Below are positions 30,059 through 40,399 of a stretch of 64,000 nucleotides of DNA, piece after piece. A program made the translations under genes and the position numbers. Under the pieces are notes generated by a model. It did not search any database, was not told where the DNA came from, and saw only the letters and a list, made by a program, of their open reading frames with translations. Source of the stretch: Vampirovibrionaceae bacterium NZW_1234 (GTDB lineage: Bacteria; Cyanobacteriota; Vampirovibrionia; Vampirovibrionales; JAGQHJ01); contig JBGUGD010000030.1 of the NCBI GenBank assembly GCA_041697335.1, positions 32,001-96,000 of the forward strand. The letters run 5' to 3'. Positions within the stretch are counted from its first letter, which is position 1, and each line of letters opens with the position of its first letter.

Positions 30059-31210
30059 ACTTTGCGTAGCGTGAACGTGCGCCTGGATTTCCGATAGGGA
30101 ATCGCCACCATATTTGCGCAAAAATGCTTGGGCCAGAACAATGGCTAACATGGCTTCACAGACAACACCACAGGCCGGAACAGCAGTTACATCGGAACGT
30201 TCAAAATGCGCTTGTTCCGCTTCTCCGGTTTGGAGGTTGATGCTGGGCAAGGCTTTTCGCATGGTGCTGATGGGTTTCATAACCGCATGAACCACAACCG
30301 GCATACCATTGGTAACACCGCCTTCCAGGCCCCCAGCTCGATTGGTGGGGCGGGTAATCTGATCACCTTCCATGACAATGGCATCATGAAACTGGTCACC
30401 CGGGAGCCGGTCTCCAAGCTCTCCTAAACCGATAGACACGCTTTTAACAGCGGGTATGCTCATTATGGCTTGGGCTATTTGCCCATCCAGTTTATAGTCC
30501 CACTGGGTGTAACTGCCGAGACCCACCGGCACCCCTGTGGCAATCACTTCAATGCGTCCCCCCAGGGTAATGCCCTCTTTAAGGGCTGCGTCCACTTTGG
30601 CTTTCATAGCGGCTAGGGTTTCATCAGACCCGGCACAACGAAAATCATTGCTCTCGGCCCGGGTACGAATCGCCTCAAGATCTGGCGGTAAATCGGCTTC
30701 GTCCACACAAATGCCACCCATGACAATCACATGACTGAAAATGTGGATTCCGAAAGCTTTTAACAATGACTGTGCGAAGGCGCCTGCCGCCACACGGGCC
30801 GCTGTCTCTCGGGCGCTGGCCCGTTCCAGGACATCACGTAAATCCTGAAGCCCATACTTGACGTGCCCTGCCAAATCGGCATGGCCAGGTCGGGGCCGAT
30901 AAAAGGCCTTTTCATCGGCTGCTTCCGTGCGCTCGCCGCTGGTGGCCATAATGGTTTCCCAATTTCGAAAATCCCGGTTTTCAATCCATAAGGAGATGGG
31001 TGCTCCAGTAGTCTGGCCAAAGCGAACACCGTTTAAAATCTTGATTTTGTCTGTTTCAATAGACATCCGCCCCCCACGTCCATAGCCAATCTGCCGACGG
31101 GCCAACTGGTCATTGACAAAGCTTTCGTCAATGGGAATACCGGCAGGTAAGCCGTCCATAAACACAGAAAGCCCCTGACCATGGGACTCCCCGGACGTAA
31201 AAAAGCGCAT
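30035..31210 (-). CDS. aroC: Chorismate synthase
   Basis: SGESHG, RPGHAD, ERASARETA, NRAGGLEGG, MKPIST, ERSD. Confidence 0.98.
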   Translation of the reverse strand: MRFFTSGESHGQGLSVFMDGLPAGIPIDESFVNDQLARRQIGYGRGGRMSIETDKIKILNGVRFGQTTGAPISLWIENRDFRNWETIMATSGERTEAADEKAFYRPRPGHADLAGHVKYGLQDLRDVLERASARETAARVAAGAFAQSLLKAFGIHIFSHVIVMGGICVDEADLPPDLEAIRTRAESNDFRCAGSDETLAAMKAKVDAALKEGITLGGRIEVIATGVPVGLGSYTQWDYKLDGQIAQAIMSIPAVKSVSIGLGELGDRLPGDQFHDAIVMEGDQITRPTNRAGGLEGGVTNGMPVVVHAVMKPISTMRKALPSINLQTGEAEQAHFERSDVTAVPACGVVCEAMLAIVLAQAFLRKYGGDSLSEIQAHVHATQSLEASRVG

Positions 31211-31247
31211 TGAGGGGCCTCAAAAATTAGTATGAACCAGTGTTAAA

Positions 31248-31445
31248 CTAGCTGGCGCGACGCACTTTGTTGGCACGAATGCACGATGTGCAAATACGCA
31301 TGCTCTTACGGGTTCCGTTAGGAAGCTCAACGTGGCATTTTTGCAGGTTGGGCTGTTGGAAGAACCGGTGGTGCTTGTTCGAGAAGCAGACTTTGTTAGA
31401 TTTATTGCGGCGTTTGCCACACATTTCACAGGTTGCCATGGACAC
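31248..31445 (-). CDS. rpmB: 50S ribosomal protein L28 (Zn-binding form)
   Basis: CEMCGK...N.V.FSN....R.F.PNLQ...ICTSCIR. Confidence 0.93.
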   Translation of the reverse strand: MSMATCEMCGKRRNKSNKVCFSNKHHRFFQQPNLQKCHVELPNGTRKSMRICTSCIRANKVRRAS

Positions 31446-31585
31446 ATTCCTTTTCTGGGAGTGAATAGATAGAAAGTAAGGTTATTTAACCACTAAGATC
31501 GTCGCTTGGCAAGTGACGCCCATTTGCAAGACAAATGATAGGTTTGATATCCCAGGACCAGATGTTTTGCGTTTGTGTTTTTAGA

Positions 31586-32758
31586 TTATCGGCTTGGGTT
31601 CGGTGCGGCCAGATTCATCGGGTGCTGCGTCCCAGTAAAGATCAATTTTCCACCGGCGCTTGGAAACGGATTAGAAGAGGTAGGCTGGATTTTTTGACGA
31701 GCTTGCAATTTTTGGAATTCCCGCTCGGTGTACCATTGGTTGAACCACGTAATACCGTAGCCCAGAACGCCGATAGAGATAGCAAACGCAGCGGCGTCGC
31801 CCCAAACACGACTGTTTTTCGCATAGCGGGAAAACATTTCATTAAAGGGAGGCAGGGTTTGACTGAACCAGCTGGTCAGCTTTCCTAACAAACCCTTGCT
31901 TGCGGTCGTATTCCCGGCACCTAGGCTTTTTAGGTACTTGGCACGATCGGCATCAAGACGCTTTAGGAAACCAAAAGCCTGTTTGGCAATATCCTCTAGT
32001 TGTTTTGGGTTATTGCTAGTCTTTACCAGCTTGATGCCCTCTTCAATCCGGCGTTTGAAACGATTTAGGAGGCCGCGAGAGACTCCTGATAAGGAACGGT
32101 TGCCCATCACTTTATCAATAGCCTGGATTAAACCTTTGTGGTTCTGCTTGTTCTTGAGTAACGATACCAGGCGGTTGGAATCCAGGACCCGGTACATATT
32201 CTCCAGTTCACTGTATTTAAACAGGGATTGGGTGTTCATCATCTGAATACCCCGAATGGGTTCGATGAGCCCCCGCGTAAGAACCCTTAAGAGGATGGGA
32301 AAGCCCATAATCAGAATGGTAATGGTCGGGATATCCCGGAAGATAATGTCTCGAACTTCGCGCTTGTCTCCATTGCTGGCCCGTTTTAAGGCATGTTGCA
32401 CCCTGCCACCCACCATGAAACCATAGGCCAGGACTAACATAACGCCAAGCGGAATCTCTGCCCCAAAGTGACCGATTTTGGGTAAAAAAGGCACTTCCTG
32501 AAAGTCCATTGAGAAGAGTCGTTGGAAATAGCCTTGGCCGAAGAAACCTTTCACCGCTTTGGGAATGCGGTTGTCTAAAAACTTGCCCATGGCTTCGGGC
32601 CAGCCAAAGAAGGGTTTAGAAGCCTTAGCCAGGGTGCTTTCAATGGCACCGGCTTGGATGCCTTTGCCGAAGCGAAGACTGCTTTCTGCCACTACTCGTT
32701 TTGTGAGTGTTGTTTGGGCAGGGCGAATTTGAGAGGTTGCGCTCGGTGTGATATTCAT
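31586..32758 (-). CDS. Hypothetical basic membrane protein, family II (here 'A')
   Basis: AGGAGG RBS; ATGA overlap with the upstream gene; leader ending LRFG; Y...R...A...EVRDIIFRD motif; hydrophobic segments including a C-terminal one (AAFAISIGVLGYGITWFNQWYT). Confidence 0.85.
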   Translation of the reverse strand: MNITPSATSQIRPAQTTLTKRVVAESSLRFGKGIQAGAIESTLAKASKPFFGWPEAMGKFLDNRIPKAVKGFFGQGYFQRLFSMDFQEVPFLPKIGHFGAEIPLGVMLVLAYGFMVGGRVQHALKRASNGDKREVRDIIFRDIPTITILIMGFPILLRVLTRGLIEPIRGIQMMNTQSLFKYSELENMYRVLDSNRLVSLLKNKQNHKGLIQAIDKVMGNRSLSGVSRGLLNRFKRRIEEGIKLVKTSNNPKQLEDIAKQAFGFLKRLDADRAKYLKSLGAGNTTASKGLLGKLTSWFSQTLPPFNEMFSRYAKNSRVWGDAAAFAISIGVLGYGITWFNQWYTEREFQKLQARQKIQPTSSNPFPSAGGKLIFTGTQHPMNLAAPNPSR

Positions 32759-34140
32759 GCCGAAACCTCCTTCCCGGCGTCAAAGAAAGAAACGGCAGTC
32801 GATGTCTGCGTCGACTGCCGTAATTGACGCGATAAGATTTTTTGAGCCAAGTGGGACGGCAAACTGCCGGCAAATTTGGGTTGTTTTGCCGGACCTTCAG
32901 GTGCCATGCCGTCTAAGCGGACTGTCCGGTTGGCTTCATAGGTTTTGCCGCGCTGGGCAATGGAGGAAATCCACAATAAGGTAAAGCCGGTCAGGAGTAA
33001 TGACGAGAGCGAGAGAATCAGCTTGGAGGACCGGGTCGATGTCAGCACTTTTTCGGCGGCTTTGTAGAAAACGTTGCGAATGTTGGGGGTACCGCTGACG
33101 CCCTTAAGATTCTTGCGAGCCACCTGAGTAATGTCTTCGGCATAAGGCTTAAATTTGCGCATGCACTCCATAAAGTGCTCTACCGACGTGGTGGCATGAT
33201 GGGCACCCTTGGGTAAGTTCAGGGTAATGTCATGCAGCTTGGCCGGGTTTTTGAAACGCAGGACTTTTTCATTAAAGTAAAAGGCAATACGGCTAAAGAT
33301 AGTCCGCATTTGCTGGGTTTGTTTGACAAACTCGGTATCAAACATCTTGCCTTTTTTCGGACTCATCTTGGACCAGCGCTCAATCCAGGCTGTGAGGGCT
33401 TCGCCGTAGGTTAGCTGGTTCAAACGGGCTTTACCTCCAGGCAAGGATTGGAGGAAGGCAACCAAGGCCTGATCTGATTTGGGAAGCGCGAGGGACGGCT
33501 TAATGCCGATAATGCGATTGAGGCCGTTTTGCTTGGTGAAGTGGCCTTTACCCTTCATCAGCAGGTTGTCCAGGAAGGTTTGAATCATTTTTTGATTGGC
33601 CTGGTCCAACTTCACGCTGCTGCTGAAATACCCTGTTTTTCGCAAGGCCTGAGACTTCATGGTTTCCATCAGTGCCGTATGGTAGGTCTTCAGGTCTGAG
33701 CTGCTTAACACCACACCTAAACGACCCAGCATTAGAGCCGAGCCAATGGCAAACATAACGGCAGGAACAATAAAGATACCTGGGCCGGTTTCGACTTCCC
33801 GCAAGGTTTCCTCAACACCATTCTTGTAGTTGAGGCCTTTGGTATTCATGTAAAGGCTATGCAGCAATTGTTCTAAAGGTTTTTTCTCGCGAATGCTCGG
33901 ATCTTCCTGCGGATCATAGGGAATACGCCCCCGACGCAGGGAGTTGATAACCCGGGGAATCCATAGCGCAATGACATCTTGTAAAAAGAAGTTCCAAACA
34001 AAGTTTTCCGTCGTCAGCTGGAAGAAGGATGCCGGTTGCAGCATCGGCATTAAGCCAAACTGAGGGCTTTTGGTTTGTGTTACCGTTGGTGCCGCAAGGC
34101 GCCCAGCAGACATGTGTATGGGTGGAGATTGAACTATCAT
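32755..34140 (-). CDS. Hypothetical basic membrane protein, family I (here 'B')
   Basis: GGGAG RBS before ATG 34140; leader ending PQFG; QDVIALWIPR and EETLREVETG motifs; C-terminal hydrophobic helix. Confidence 0.85.
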   Translation of the reverse strand: MIVQSPPIHMSAGRLAAPTVTQTKSPQFGLMPMLQPASFFQLTTENFVWNFFLQDVIALWIPRVINSLRRGRIPYDPQEDPSIREKKPLEQLLHSLYMNTKGLNYKNGVEETLREVETGPGIFIVPAVMFAIGSALMLGRLGVVLSSSDLKTYHTALMETMKSQALRKTGYFSSSVKLDQANQKMIQTFLDNLLMKGKGHFTKQNGLNRIIGIKPSLALPKSDQALVAFLQSLPGGKARLNQLTYGEALTAWIERWSKMSPKKGKMFDTEFVKQTQQMRTIFSRIAFYFNEKVLRFKNPAKLHDITLNLPKGAHHATTSVEHFMECMRKFKPYAEDITQVARKNLKGVSGTPNIRNVFYKAAEKVLTSTRSSKLILSLSSLLLTGFTLLWISSIAQRGKTYEANRTVRLDGMAPEGPAKQPKFAGSLPSHLAQKILSRQLRQSTQTSTAVSFFDAGKEVSA

Positions 34141-34455
34141 GGACTCCCGAAACCATCCATCGCATCGAATCATTCTGATAAAACCAAGTCAATAGTGCCG
34201 GTTGCTAAAATATGAATGAATATTAAGGCGAGCTATTGAAACCCTTCGGAAGGACTACAACTATAGCGAACTTGTTGCCCAAACACCAGCGTTTGGGCGT
34301 GGATCTGTGACATTTGTTAACGAGGGGGTCTATCTTGCAGATACCACTTCAGAAAAAACACTGATGCCAGTGCTGTCGAGGAGCCTACTTCCCATAGTGG
34401 TGAGCATCAGAGACGATTGCTTGTTTTAACTGTGAAATTAGGTATAGCCTCAGGC

Positions 34456-34471
34456 GTAACTATTTTGTTAC
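34456..34471. promoter_or_regulatory. Palindromic candidate operator GTAAC-N6-GTTAC between the divergent operons
   Basis: GTAACTATTTTGTTAC about 90 bp upstream of ATG 34564. Confidence 0.35.
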
Positions 34472-34563
34472 AAAAGTCACTTTTTTGATGTCCTTTAGGC
34501 ATGATTGATGCTTGAGCTGTTTTAAAGGATGTAGTCATTTTTGTGTTGGGCAACCAATAGGTC

Positions 34564-35958
34564 ATGATTCGTCAAATCCCCCCTGCGCGCCTTTCCTTGC
34601 GAGAGGCCACACCGCCAATGGAACCACGAGATCCCAAAAAGGGACTTCGGGGTGCTTTTCGCTTTCAAGGGGTAAGTGCACCCAGCCTTGCCAGTAGTCT
34701 TATCGGCCAGGGGAGTTCTGGAAACTGGTACAACTGGGTTGTTAAAGGTCGTAATGTTCTTAGTACCATTGAGTCTGACCCGCTGATTGGCTTGGGGACC
34801 ACGGATTTAATGGGGATGGTTATTCCCCGGACCGGTATCGAGCTGAAAAAACGCGGGGCCATTCCGGCTCGAGAAACGTTCTTCCGGGAAATCACCGGCA
34901 CGATTACGAATACGTTTCTGGCAGGCTGGTTGGGCATTCTGGCAGTCATGCTCTTTAATGGAAAAATTACTAATCCCAAAGGGCTGGATATGCGGGCATG
35001 GATTGATAGTCCGAGCTTGGATGCTTATTCCAGTGTTCTAAAAGATATTTTCAAGCAAGATAAAATTACAACAGCTGATGATTTGCGGCGTGCCTTCTTG
35101 AAGAATGCCTTAGGTCGCCTGGAATCCACCGATAATGTCTGGAAATTGAAGCAATACAAGACCTACTGTAATGGTCGCTTGCCTCAAAAAGAGCTGGATT
35201 ATCTGGTTAATTGCTTCCTGGGTCGTCAAAAAGGCTTTGAATCTTTAGTCTTTAATGTTGAAGACGCTGTCAAAACCAAAATGAAACTGCCGCAATACCA
35301 GGCCGAAGTGCGTGAGGCCATGGCCGCTGCCAAAGAGGCTTTTATGCACAAGCTTGGCAATCAGCCCTTGACGAAAGCCCAGCAGATTTTATTGACTCGC
35401 GCCCGCATGGCCGCTCGGCGGGTTACCCTCAGTAACCAGGAGCGGATCCTAAGGCAATTGGAGTCTCAACGGCTTCGCCTATACGAAAAAACTTTTCTGG
35501 ATCGGGTTTATAACTTTGTCATTAACAAAGGTAAGCTTTCGGAAGAAGTCTTTTTTATGGATCGGGCCGCCAAAGGCACTCCTGTGTCCAGTATTGGCGT
35601 TAAAAACATCCGGGATCATTTGGCCAAAATCAAGCGCATGAGCGCGTTGCTGGATCATGCGCTGGTGGGTCAGGAGGCCAAGCTCAATCTGGCGGCTGTA
35701 GAGAAACGCTTGTTCGGCCAACTGCCTTCCAAAGGAGCAACAAACTGGTTTCAGCGCATGCTGATGCCGAATCGGGCCGAGGGGTTAATTCCCTATCTCT
35801 GTAAGTCGAAGTATTGGCTGGTTCTGTTGCCGGTTCTGGTGGCCGGGACCTTGGGCTGCTATATGGTGGTCATCAACAACTGGCTCACCAAGCTCAAGAC
35901 CGGTGGCAATGACTTTCCTGGTGAAAAGGCCCTGATGAGTTCGGGAGGAAAACACTAA
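34564..35958 (+). CDS. Hypothetical basic membrane protein, family I (here 'C')
   Basis: Leader ending FRFQG; TDLMGMVIPR and ETFFREITG motifs; C-terminal hydrophobic helix then NNWLTK...FPG. Confidence 0.85.
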   Translation: MIRQIPPARLSLREATPPMEPRDPKKGLRGAFRFQGVSAPSLASSLIGQGSSGNWYNWVVKGRNVLSTIESDPLIGLGTTDLMGMVIPRTGIELKKRGAIPARETFFREITGTITNTFLAGWLGILAVMLFNGKITNPKGLDMRAWIDSPSLDAYSSVLKDIFKQDKITTADDLRRAFLKNALGRLESTDNVWKLKQYKTYCNGRLPQKELDYLVNCFLGRQKGFESLVFNVEDAVKTKMKLPQYQAEVREAMAAAKEAFMHKLGNQPLTKAQQILLTRARMAARRVTLSNQERILRQLESQRLRLYEKTFLDRVYNFVINKGKLSEEVFFMDRAAKGTPVSSIGVKNIRDHLAKIKRMSALLDHALVGQEAKLNLAAVEKRLFGQLPSKGATNWFQRMLMPNRAEGLIPYLCKSKYWLVLLPVLVAGTLGCYMVVINNWLTKLKTGGNDFPGEKALMSSGGKH

Positions 35959-36761
35959 TGGTTCACCTCTCGCCATTCAGCCCGGTCACTCGCCCGATAC
36001 CCCAAAAAGCTCCTCGTTTTGGACATTATCCGACCATGGGAATGTTGAATTTTCTGGATTTTAACAGTGTCGGTGCCTCTACCGTCGGGCAAAACAAGGT
36101 AATCTATGCGGCTGTTATTCTGTCTCGCTTAGCGAAAGCTCGTTCTGCCAATGAGTTTCGTGAAAACATCACTCGAGATGGTCTTGGCTGGTACAGTTGG
36201 TTTATGGGTGGCCCCCTTATGCAAACGGCTTTCGCCTTATGCATGGTGCCATTGGTCTGTAAGGCTGCACAACCCTTAATGATCACCCGCCTGAATCAGA
36301 AAGCCAACGTCGGCAAGAAAATTCTGTACACTCTTTTTAGCCCCTCCAGCTTGTGGTTGCTGGCTACAGACAAGCAATTGCATCAGCGTAAGGAACAAGT
36401 TCTGCAGGGCATGAAGGCCTCAAAGGCTGTGGCTGCTTCGCAACTCCAGCGAACAGCGAATTTGTTTGAGCGCACGATTAATTTGCGTTCTCTGACGTCG
36501 CTCTTTGGTATCGCCTTTACTATCTTCCTCCTGGGCTTTGTCATCAACCTGGTCAATATCGCCTTGACCCGGGCCAATGTGCGTAAAAAAGACCAGGAGA
36601 AACAGATGCAGTCCCAACAGTCCTCAGGCTTCAAGGCCAATGTCAACGCCGAGAAACTGCTTGATGTGCTCCAGCGCCGACTAGATACTTGGCAGCAAGA
36701 ACAAAATGCCAAGGCAACACCCTTTAAGTCTTCCTACCACGGATTTATGCAGCGGGTTTAA
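35958..36761 (+). CDS. Hypothetical basic membrane protein, family II (here 'D')
   Basis: GGAGGA RBS; TAATG overlap; leader ending APRFG; Y....SR...A...EFRENITRD motif; C-terminal hydrophobic helix then VNIALT. Confidence 0.85.
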   Translation: MVHLSPFSPVTRPIPQKAPRFGHYPTMGMLNFLDFNSVGASTVGQNKVIYAAVILSRLAKARSANEFRENITRDGLGWYSWFMGGPLMQTAFALCMVPLVCKAAQPLMITRLNQKANVGKKILYTLFSPSSLWLLATDKQLHQRKEQVLQGMKASKAVAASQLQRTANLFERTINLRSLTSLFGIAFTIFLLGFVINLVNIALTRANVRKKDQEKQMQSQQSSGFKANVNAEKLLDVLQRRLDTWQQEQNAKATPFKSSYHGFMQRV

Positions 36762-36778
36762 GCTTGCCCAAGTAAAAT

Positions 36779-37786
36779 TTAGGAATTCAGTTTGCTGCGC
36801 TCTTCGCTAGAGGGGGTATGAGCTTCTTTTAGTGAACTCTTTGGACTGGCCTTGGAAAAAAATTTCTGAAACAACTCGGTTGAAAGCAGCTCGGTGAAGG
36901 GTGTAACTCGTTTTTGTCCGGGCTGGGTGCTGGCTGTTAAGCCCATAGCCATGTCCAACTGTCGTTTCAGCTCGTCTGTGTTGGGCATCTTTTGGATGGT
37001 CCCATTGTAGACCAGCGAAATATTGCCGGTTTCCTCGGAAACAACAATGCAGCGGCTGTCTGAAATTTCGCTTAACCCGACGGCGGCTCGGTGCCGGGTG
37101 CCATATTTCCAGCTTAAGTTGGGATCCTCAGACAACGGGAGTAACACGCCGGCTGCTTTAATCCGATTGTCGCTGGGGTTAATGATGATGGCGCCGTCAT
37201 GAAGGGGAGTATTCGGGTGAAAAATGGTCAGTAGGAGTTCGGTGCTTAGGCGGGCATCCAAGCGGGTGCCTGCTTCTAGATAATTGCCACCCAAACCGCT
37301 CGTGCTTTCCAGGACAATCAAGGCTCCGGTTTTGGTTTTGCTCAATAGGCGAACTGACTCCACCAGTTCATGAACCAGGTAAGCTGCATCTTTTTCTTTG
37401 CCCCCCGGGAGTAAGGAAGAGCGGTTGAAGAGATCCGGCTGTCCCAGATAGACGAGCAGTCGCCGCAATTCCGGCTGAAAGAGAATGATAAAGCCAATAA
37501 TACTGATTTGAAGAATGGCTTGCAGAATACCGCTGATGATGGTGAGGTTGAAAATGCCGGCCAGTAGATAAAAGGCCAACACGACGGCGACGCCTTTGAG
37601 CAATTGCGCTACATAGGTGCCATGAATCTTGAAATAGAACCAGGAAACCAAGACAAACACCAGCAGAAACTGCAAGGGGATTTTCCACATCAGATACTGT
37701 GCCGCGAGAAACTGGCCCCACTCAGACCACGGGATTGTTGCAAGCAGCCAATTGCTCATGATGGGCATATCTATGGGCTTTACCAT
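36779..37786 (-). CDS. cdaA: Diadenylate cyclase CdaA (DisA_N domain)
   Basis: N-terminal TM helices, FQPELRR, GALIV, PLHDGA, GTRHRAA, VSEETG. Confidence 0.95.
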   Translation of the reverse strand: MVKPIDMPIMSNWLLATIPWSEWGQFLAAQYLMWKIPLQFLLVFVLVSWFYFKIHGTYVAQLLKGVAVVLAFYLLAGIFNLTIISGILQAILQISIIGFIILFQPELRRLLVYLGQPDLFNRSSLLPGGKEKDAAYLVHELVESVRLLSKTKTGALIVLESTSGLGGNYLEAGTRLDARLSTELLLTIFHPNTPLHDGAIIINPSDNRIKAAGVLLPLSEDPNLSWKYGTRHRAAVGLSEISDSRCIVVSEETGNISLVYNGTIQKMPNTDELKRQLDMAMGLTASTQPGQKRVTPFTELLSTELFQKFFSKASPKSSLKEAHTPSSEERSKLNS

Positions 37787-37957
37787 TCCTTAATTCACAA
37801 TTCGGGGTGAACCCGGTGTGATGTTCAATCACCCGCGTTACTGCATCTCAACGACACCACCCACCCTGTACTTTAATCATTGTAACAGGATTGTGTGCTG
37901 GATAAAAGCGCTTTTGGAATGTCTCAACCAAATAAAGCAGGTGATGAGACAAAGAGC

Positions 37958-38968
37958 CTAACAGGCGGCCATATTCGCTTCTTTAATCGCCTTGGTCAAG
38001 GCCGGGACAATCTCAAAGACATCGCCCACAATACCAAAGTCGGCAATGTCAAAGATAGGTGCGTCCCCATCCTTATTAATGGCAATGATGGTTTTGCTCG
38101 AACTCATGCCGACCTGATGCTGAATGGCACCCGAAATCCCGAGAGCCACATACAATTGCGGACTAACGGTCTTGCCGGTTTGACCCACTTGCTCGGCATG
38201 TGGACGCCATCCGGCATCAACTACAGCTCGGGAAGCGCCTACCGCTGCGCCTAAGGCTTCCGCTAACCCCTCGACGAGAGGGAAGTTCTCGGGACCTTTT
38301 AAGCCACGCCCACCTGAAACAACAATTTCGGCCTCTTCCAGCTTTTTGCCGGTTTTGGTTTCGCCTTTCACTCGTTGCGTGAGTTTGGTATGGGCCATGT
38401 CAGCGGACAGATCCGGTGTGGCAGTTTCCAAAGCTGCGCTGGCACCTGAATCGGGTTTGGCTTTGGCAAACGCTTTGGCCCGGAGGCTGACCATTTGAGG
38501 GCGGGTGGCTGTATGAACCACGGCTCTCATGTTCTCGCCATAAGTCGGACGCGTGATTTCCAACTGTCCATTGGCGCCAAAGGCCAAATCAATGGCATCC
38601 GGGGCCAAGCCAGCTTGTACACGAACGGCAACCCGAGGCAAGAAGTCTCGGGTGGTCGAGGTGGATCCGGCCAACACAATTTGAGGTTGTTGAGCCCCAA
38701 TGGCATCGGCCAGGGCCTTTGTATACAGCTCCACTTGGTATTGCTCCAGGAGATCATGCTTCAAGGCCAGGACCTTCGTAGCCCCGTATTGGCCCAGCAG
38801 GTTCTGAGCTTGACTGAGGTCGGTATTGCTGCCTGCCAGAACCACGGCTGTGATGTCGGCAGGATTGGCAGCGGCTAATTTCTGTGCCGCGGATAAGGCT
38901 TCTAATGAAATATCCAATGGGGCGCCGGATTCGGAGAGTTCGGCTACCACCCAGATTGCATTTGTCAT
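37958..38968 (-). CDS. etfA: Electron transfer flavoprotein alpha subunit
   Basis: VSGGRG, GASRAVVDAGW, QVGQTGK, GISGAIQH, INKD. Confidence 0.96.
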   Translation of the reverse strand: MTNAIWVVAELSESGAPLDISLEALSAAQKLAAANPADITAVVLAGSNTDLSQAQNLLGQYGATKVLALKHDLLEQYQVELYTKALADAIGAQQPQIVLAGSTSTTRDFLPRVAVRVQAGLAPDAIDLAFGANGQLEITRPTYGENMRAVVHTATRPQMVSLRAKAFAKAKPDSGASAALETATPDLSADMAHTKLTQRVKGETKTGKKLEEAEIVVSGGRGLKGPENFPLVEGLAEALGAAVGASRAVVDAGWRPHAEQVGQTGKTVSPQLYVALGISGAIQHQVGMSSSKTIIAINKDGDAPIFDIADFGIVGDVFEIVPALTKAIKEANMAAC

Positions 38969-38996
38969 AATCGTGCGTCTCCCTTAATTCACAATC

Positions 38997-39788
38997 TTAA
39001 ACGAGTTTTTGTTCCCGAAGGAAGCTCATCAGTTGGCTGACGGCCGCTTGGGCATCGGACCCATCGATTTTACGGCCGCCTTCTTTTTTGGGTCGACGAT
39101 ACAACTTGGTGACTTCCACACGTGCCCCTTTGGCTCCAATCTGCTCGTCAGACAGACCCAGGGCTGCTTTGTCCAGGGTGGGGATTTCAGTTCGGTTGGC
39201 TTTCATAACCCCTTTAATCGCGGGGATACGCGGTTCGTAGTCACATTTCATAACGCAGACGACGCCGGGCAAGGTCATGTCGTAATGCTCCGAACCCCGT
39301 TCGGTTTCCCGTTCAACACTCAGGGTGGTTGCATCTTTCAGTTCGGCTTTTTTGCAGAAGGTAATGCTGGGAACACCCAACAATTCGGCTAAGGCTGGTC
39401 CGGTCACCCCACTCATGCTGTCGGTAGCAAATTGGCCCAGCAGCAAAACGTTAAAGTTCGGCACGTGCTTTCTAATGCCAGCGGCCAAGGTTTGGGCTGT
39501 GGCCCAGGGGTCGGCACCGTTAAAAGCATCGTCTTGCAGCAATACGGCGTCATCACACCCCATGGCAATGGCACGTTTCAAGATGTCTTTGGCTTGAGGG
39601 CCTCCCATGCATATGGCGGTCAAGGTGGCTCCTTCATGTGCCTCTTTCATGCGGATGGCGGTTTCAACAGCATATTCGCAAAACGGGTTCATGACCCATT
39701 CTAAATTGTCTTGTGCGAGGTTATCCTGGGCATCGTATTTGAGATGCGCGGTGTCAGGAACATGTTTGATGCAAACCACAATATTCAT
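38997..39788 (-). CDS. etfB: Electron transfer flavoprotein beta subunit
   Basis: NIVVCIKHVPD, MNP...AVE.A, AMG.D, EPR. Confidence 0.95.
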   Translation of the reverse strand: MNIVVCIKHVPDTAHLKYDAQDNLAQDNLEWVMNPFCEYAVETAIRMKEAHEGATLTAICMGGPQAKDILKRAIAMGCDDAVLLQDDAFNGADPWATAQTLAAGIRKHVPNFNVLLLGQFATDSMSGVTGPALAELLGVPSITFCKKAELKDATTLSVERETERGSEHYDMTLPGVVCVMKCDYEPRIPAIKGVMKANRTEIPTLDKAALGLSDEQIGAKGARVEVTKLYRRPKKEGGRKIDGSDAQAAVSQLMSFLREQKLV

Positions 39789-39961
39789 TTGCGTTCACCC
39801 TTCCTTAAAACAAACCAATAACGCCTATGGAGAGAGGATCCCTCACACTGTAGGAAAAAAACAAATTCCTCGCAACCACGCCTGGCCAATAGTCATTGTA
39901 TCTGTCATGTGCTTAGAATGAAGGTGATCTTAGGGTGTTGTCAGCAATGTTGGAGCTGTGG

Positions 39962-40399
39962 ATGATGCATGTTTTGTTGCCAGTAGATGGGTCTGCTCTC
40001 TCTCAGGAAACCGTTCGTTGGGTCTGTGACATGATGAACCCGACAACCACACGGTTTTCTCTCTTAACGGTTATTCCTGAGGTCTTGGCTGAATTGCCCG
40101 TTGATGCGGTGCAGGTGGATGATGCCCTGGCAATTTTGAACGTTTACGAGAATATGATTGATAATGCTGGCTATGAAGTGGTTCATGCCGATTATATGAT
40201 TGGGAATCCGGTTGAGTCGATTTGCCGCTATGCCGATGAGCATCAGGTTGATCAGATCTTTATGGGGTCTCATGGGCGTAGTGCTTTGGGGCGCTTTGTT
40301 TTCGGCAGCGTTAGCTCTGGCGTTTTCAAACATGCTAACAGGCCGGTTTTTGTCCATCGAAACATGGAAGCCAAAACGCTTTCGTCTGCAATGGGATGA
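39962..40399 (+). CDS. Universal stress protein (UspA family)
   Basis: VLLPVDGS, G.P...I...A, MGSHG.......GSVS..V...A..PV.V; GGAG RBS. Confidence 0.92.
   Translation: MMHVLLPVDGSALSQETVRWVCDMMNPTTTRFSLLTVIPEVLAELPVDAVQVDDALAILNVYENMIDNAGYEVVHADYMIGNPVESICRYADEHQVDQIFMGSHGRSALGRFVFGSVSSGVFKHANRPVFVHRNMEAKTLSSAMG

Noticed and set aside
32300..32360. FRDIP in protein A resembles the mitochondrial carrier R[DE]xP segment
   Set aside because: No threefold repeat and no Px[DE]xx[KR] signature found; too short to support homology.
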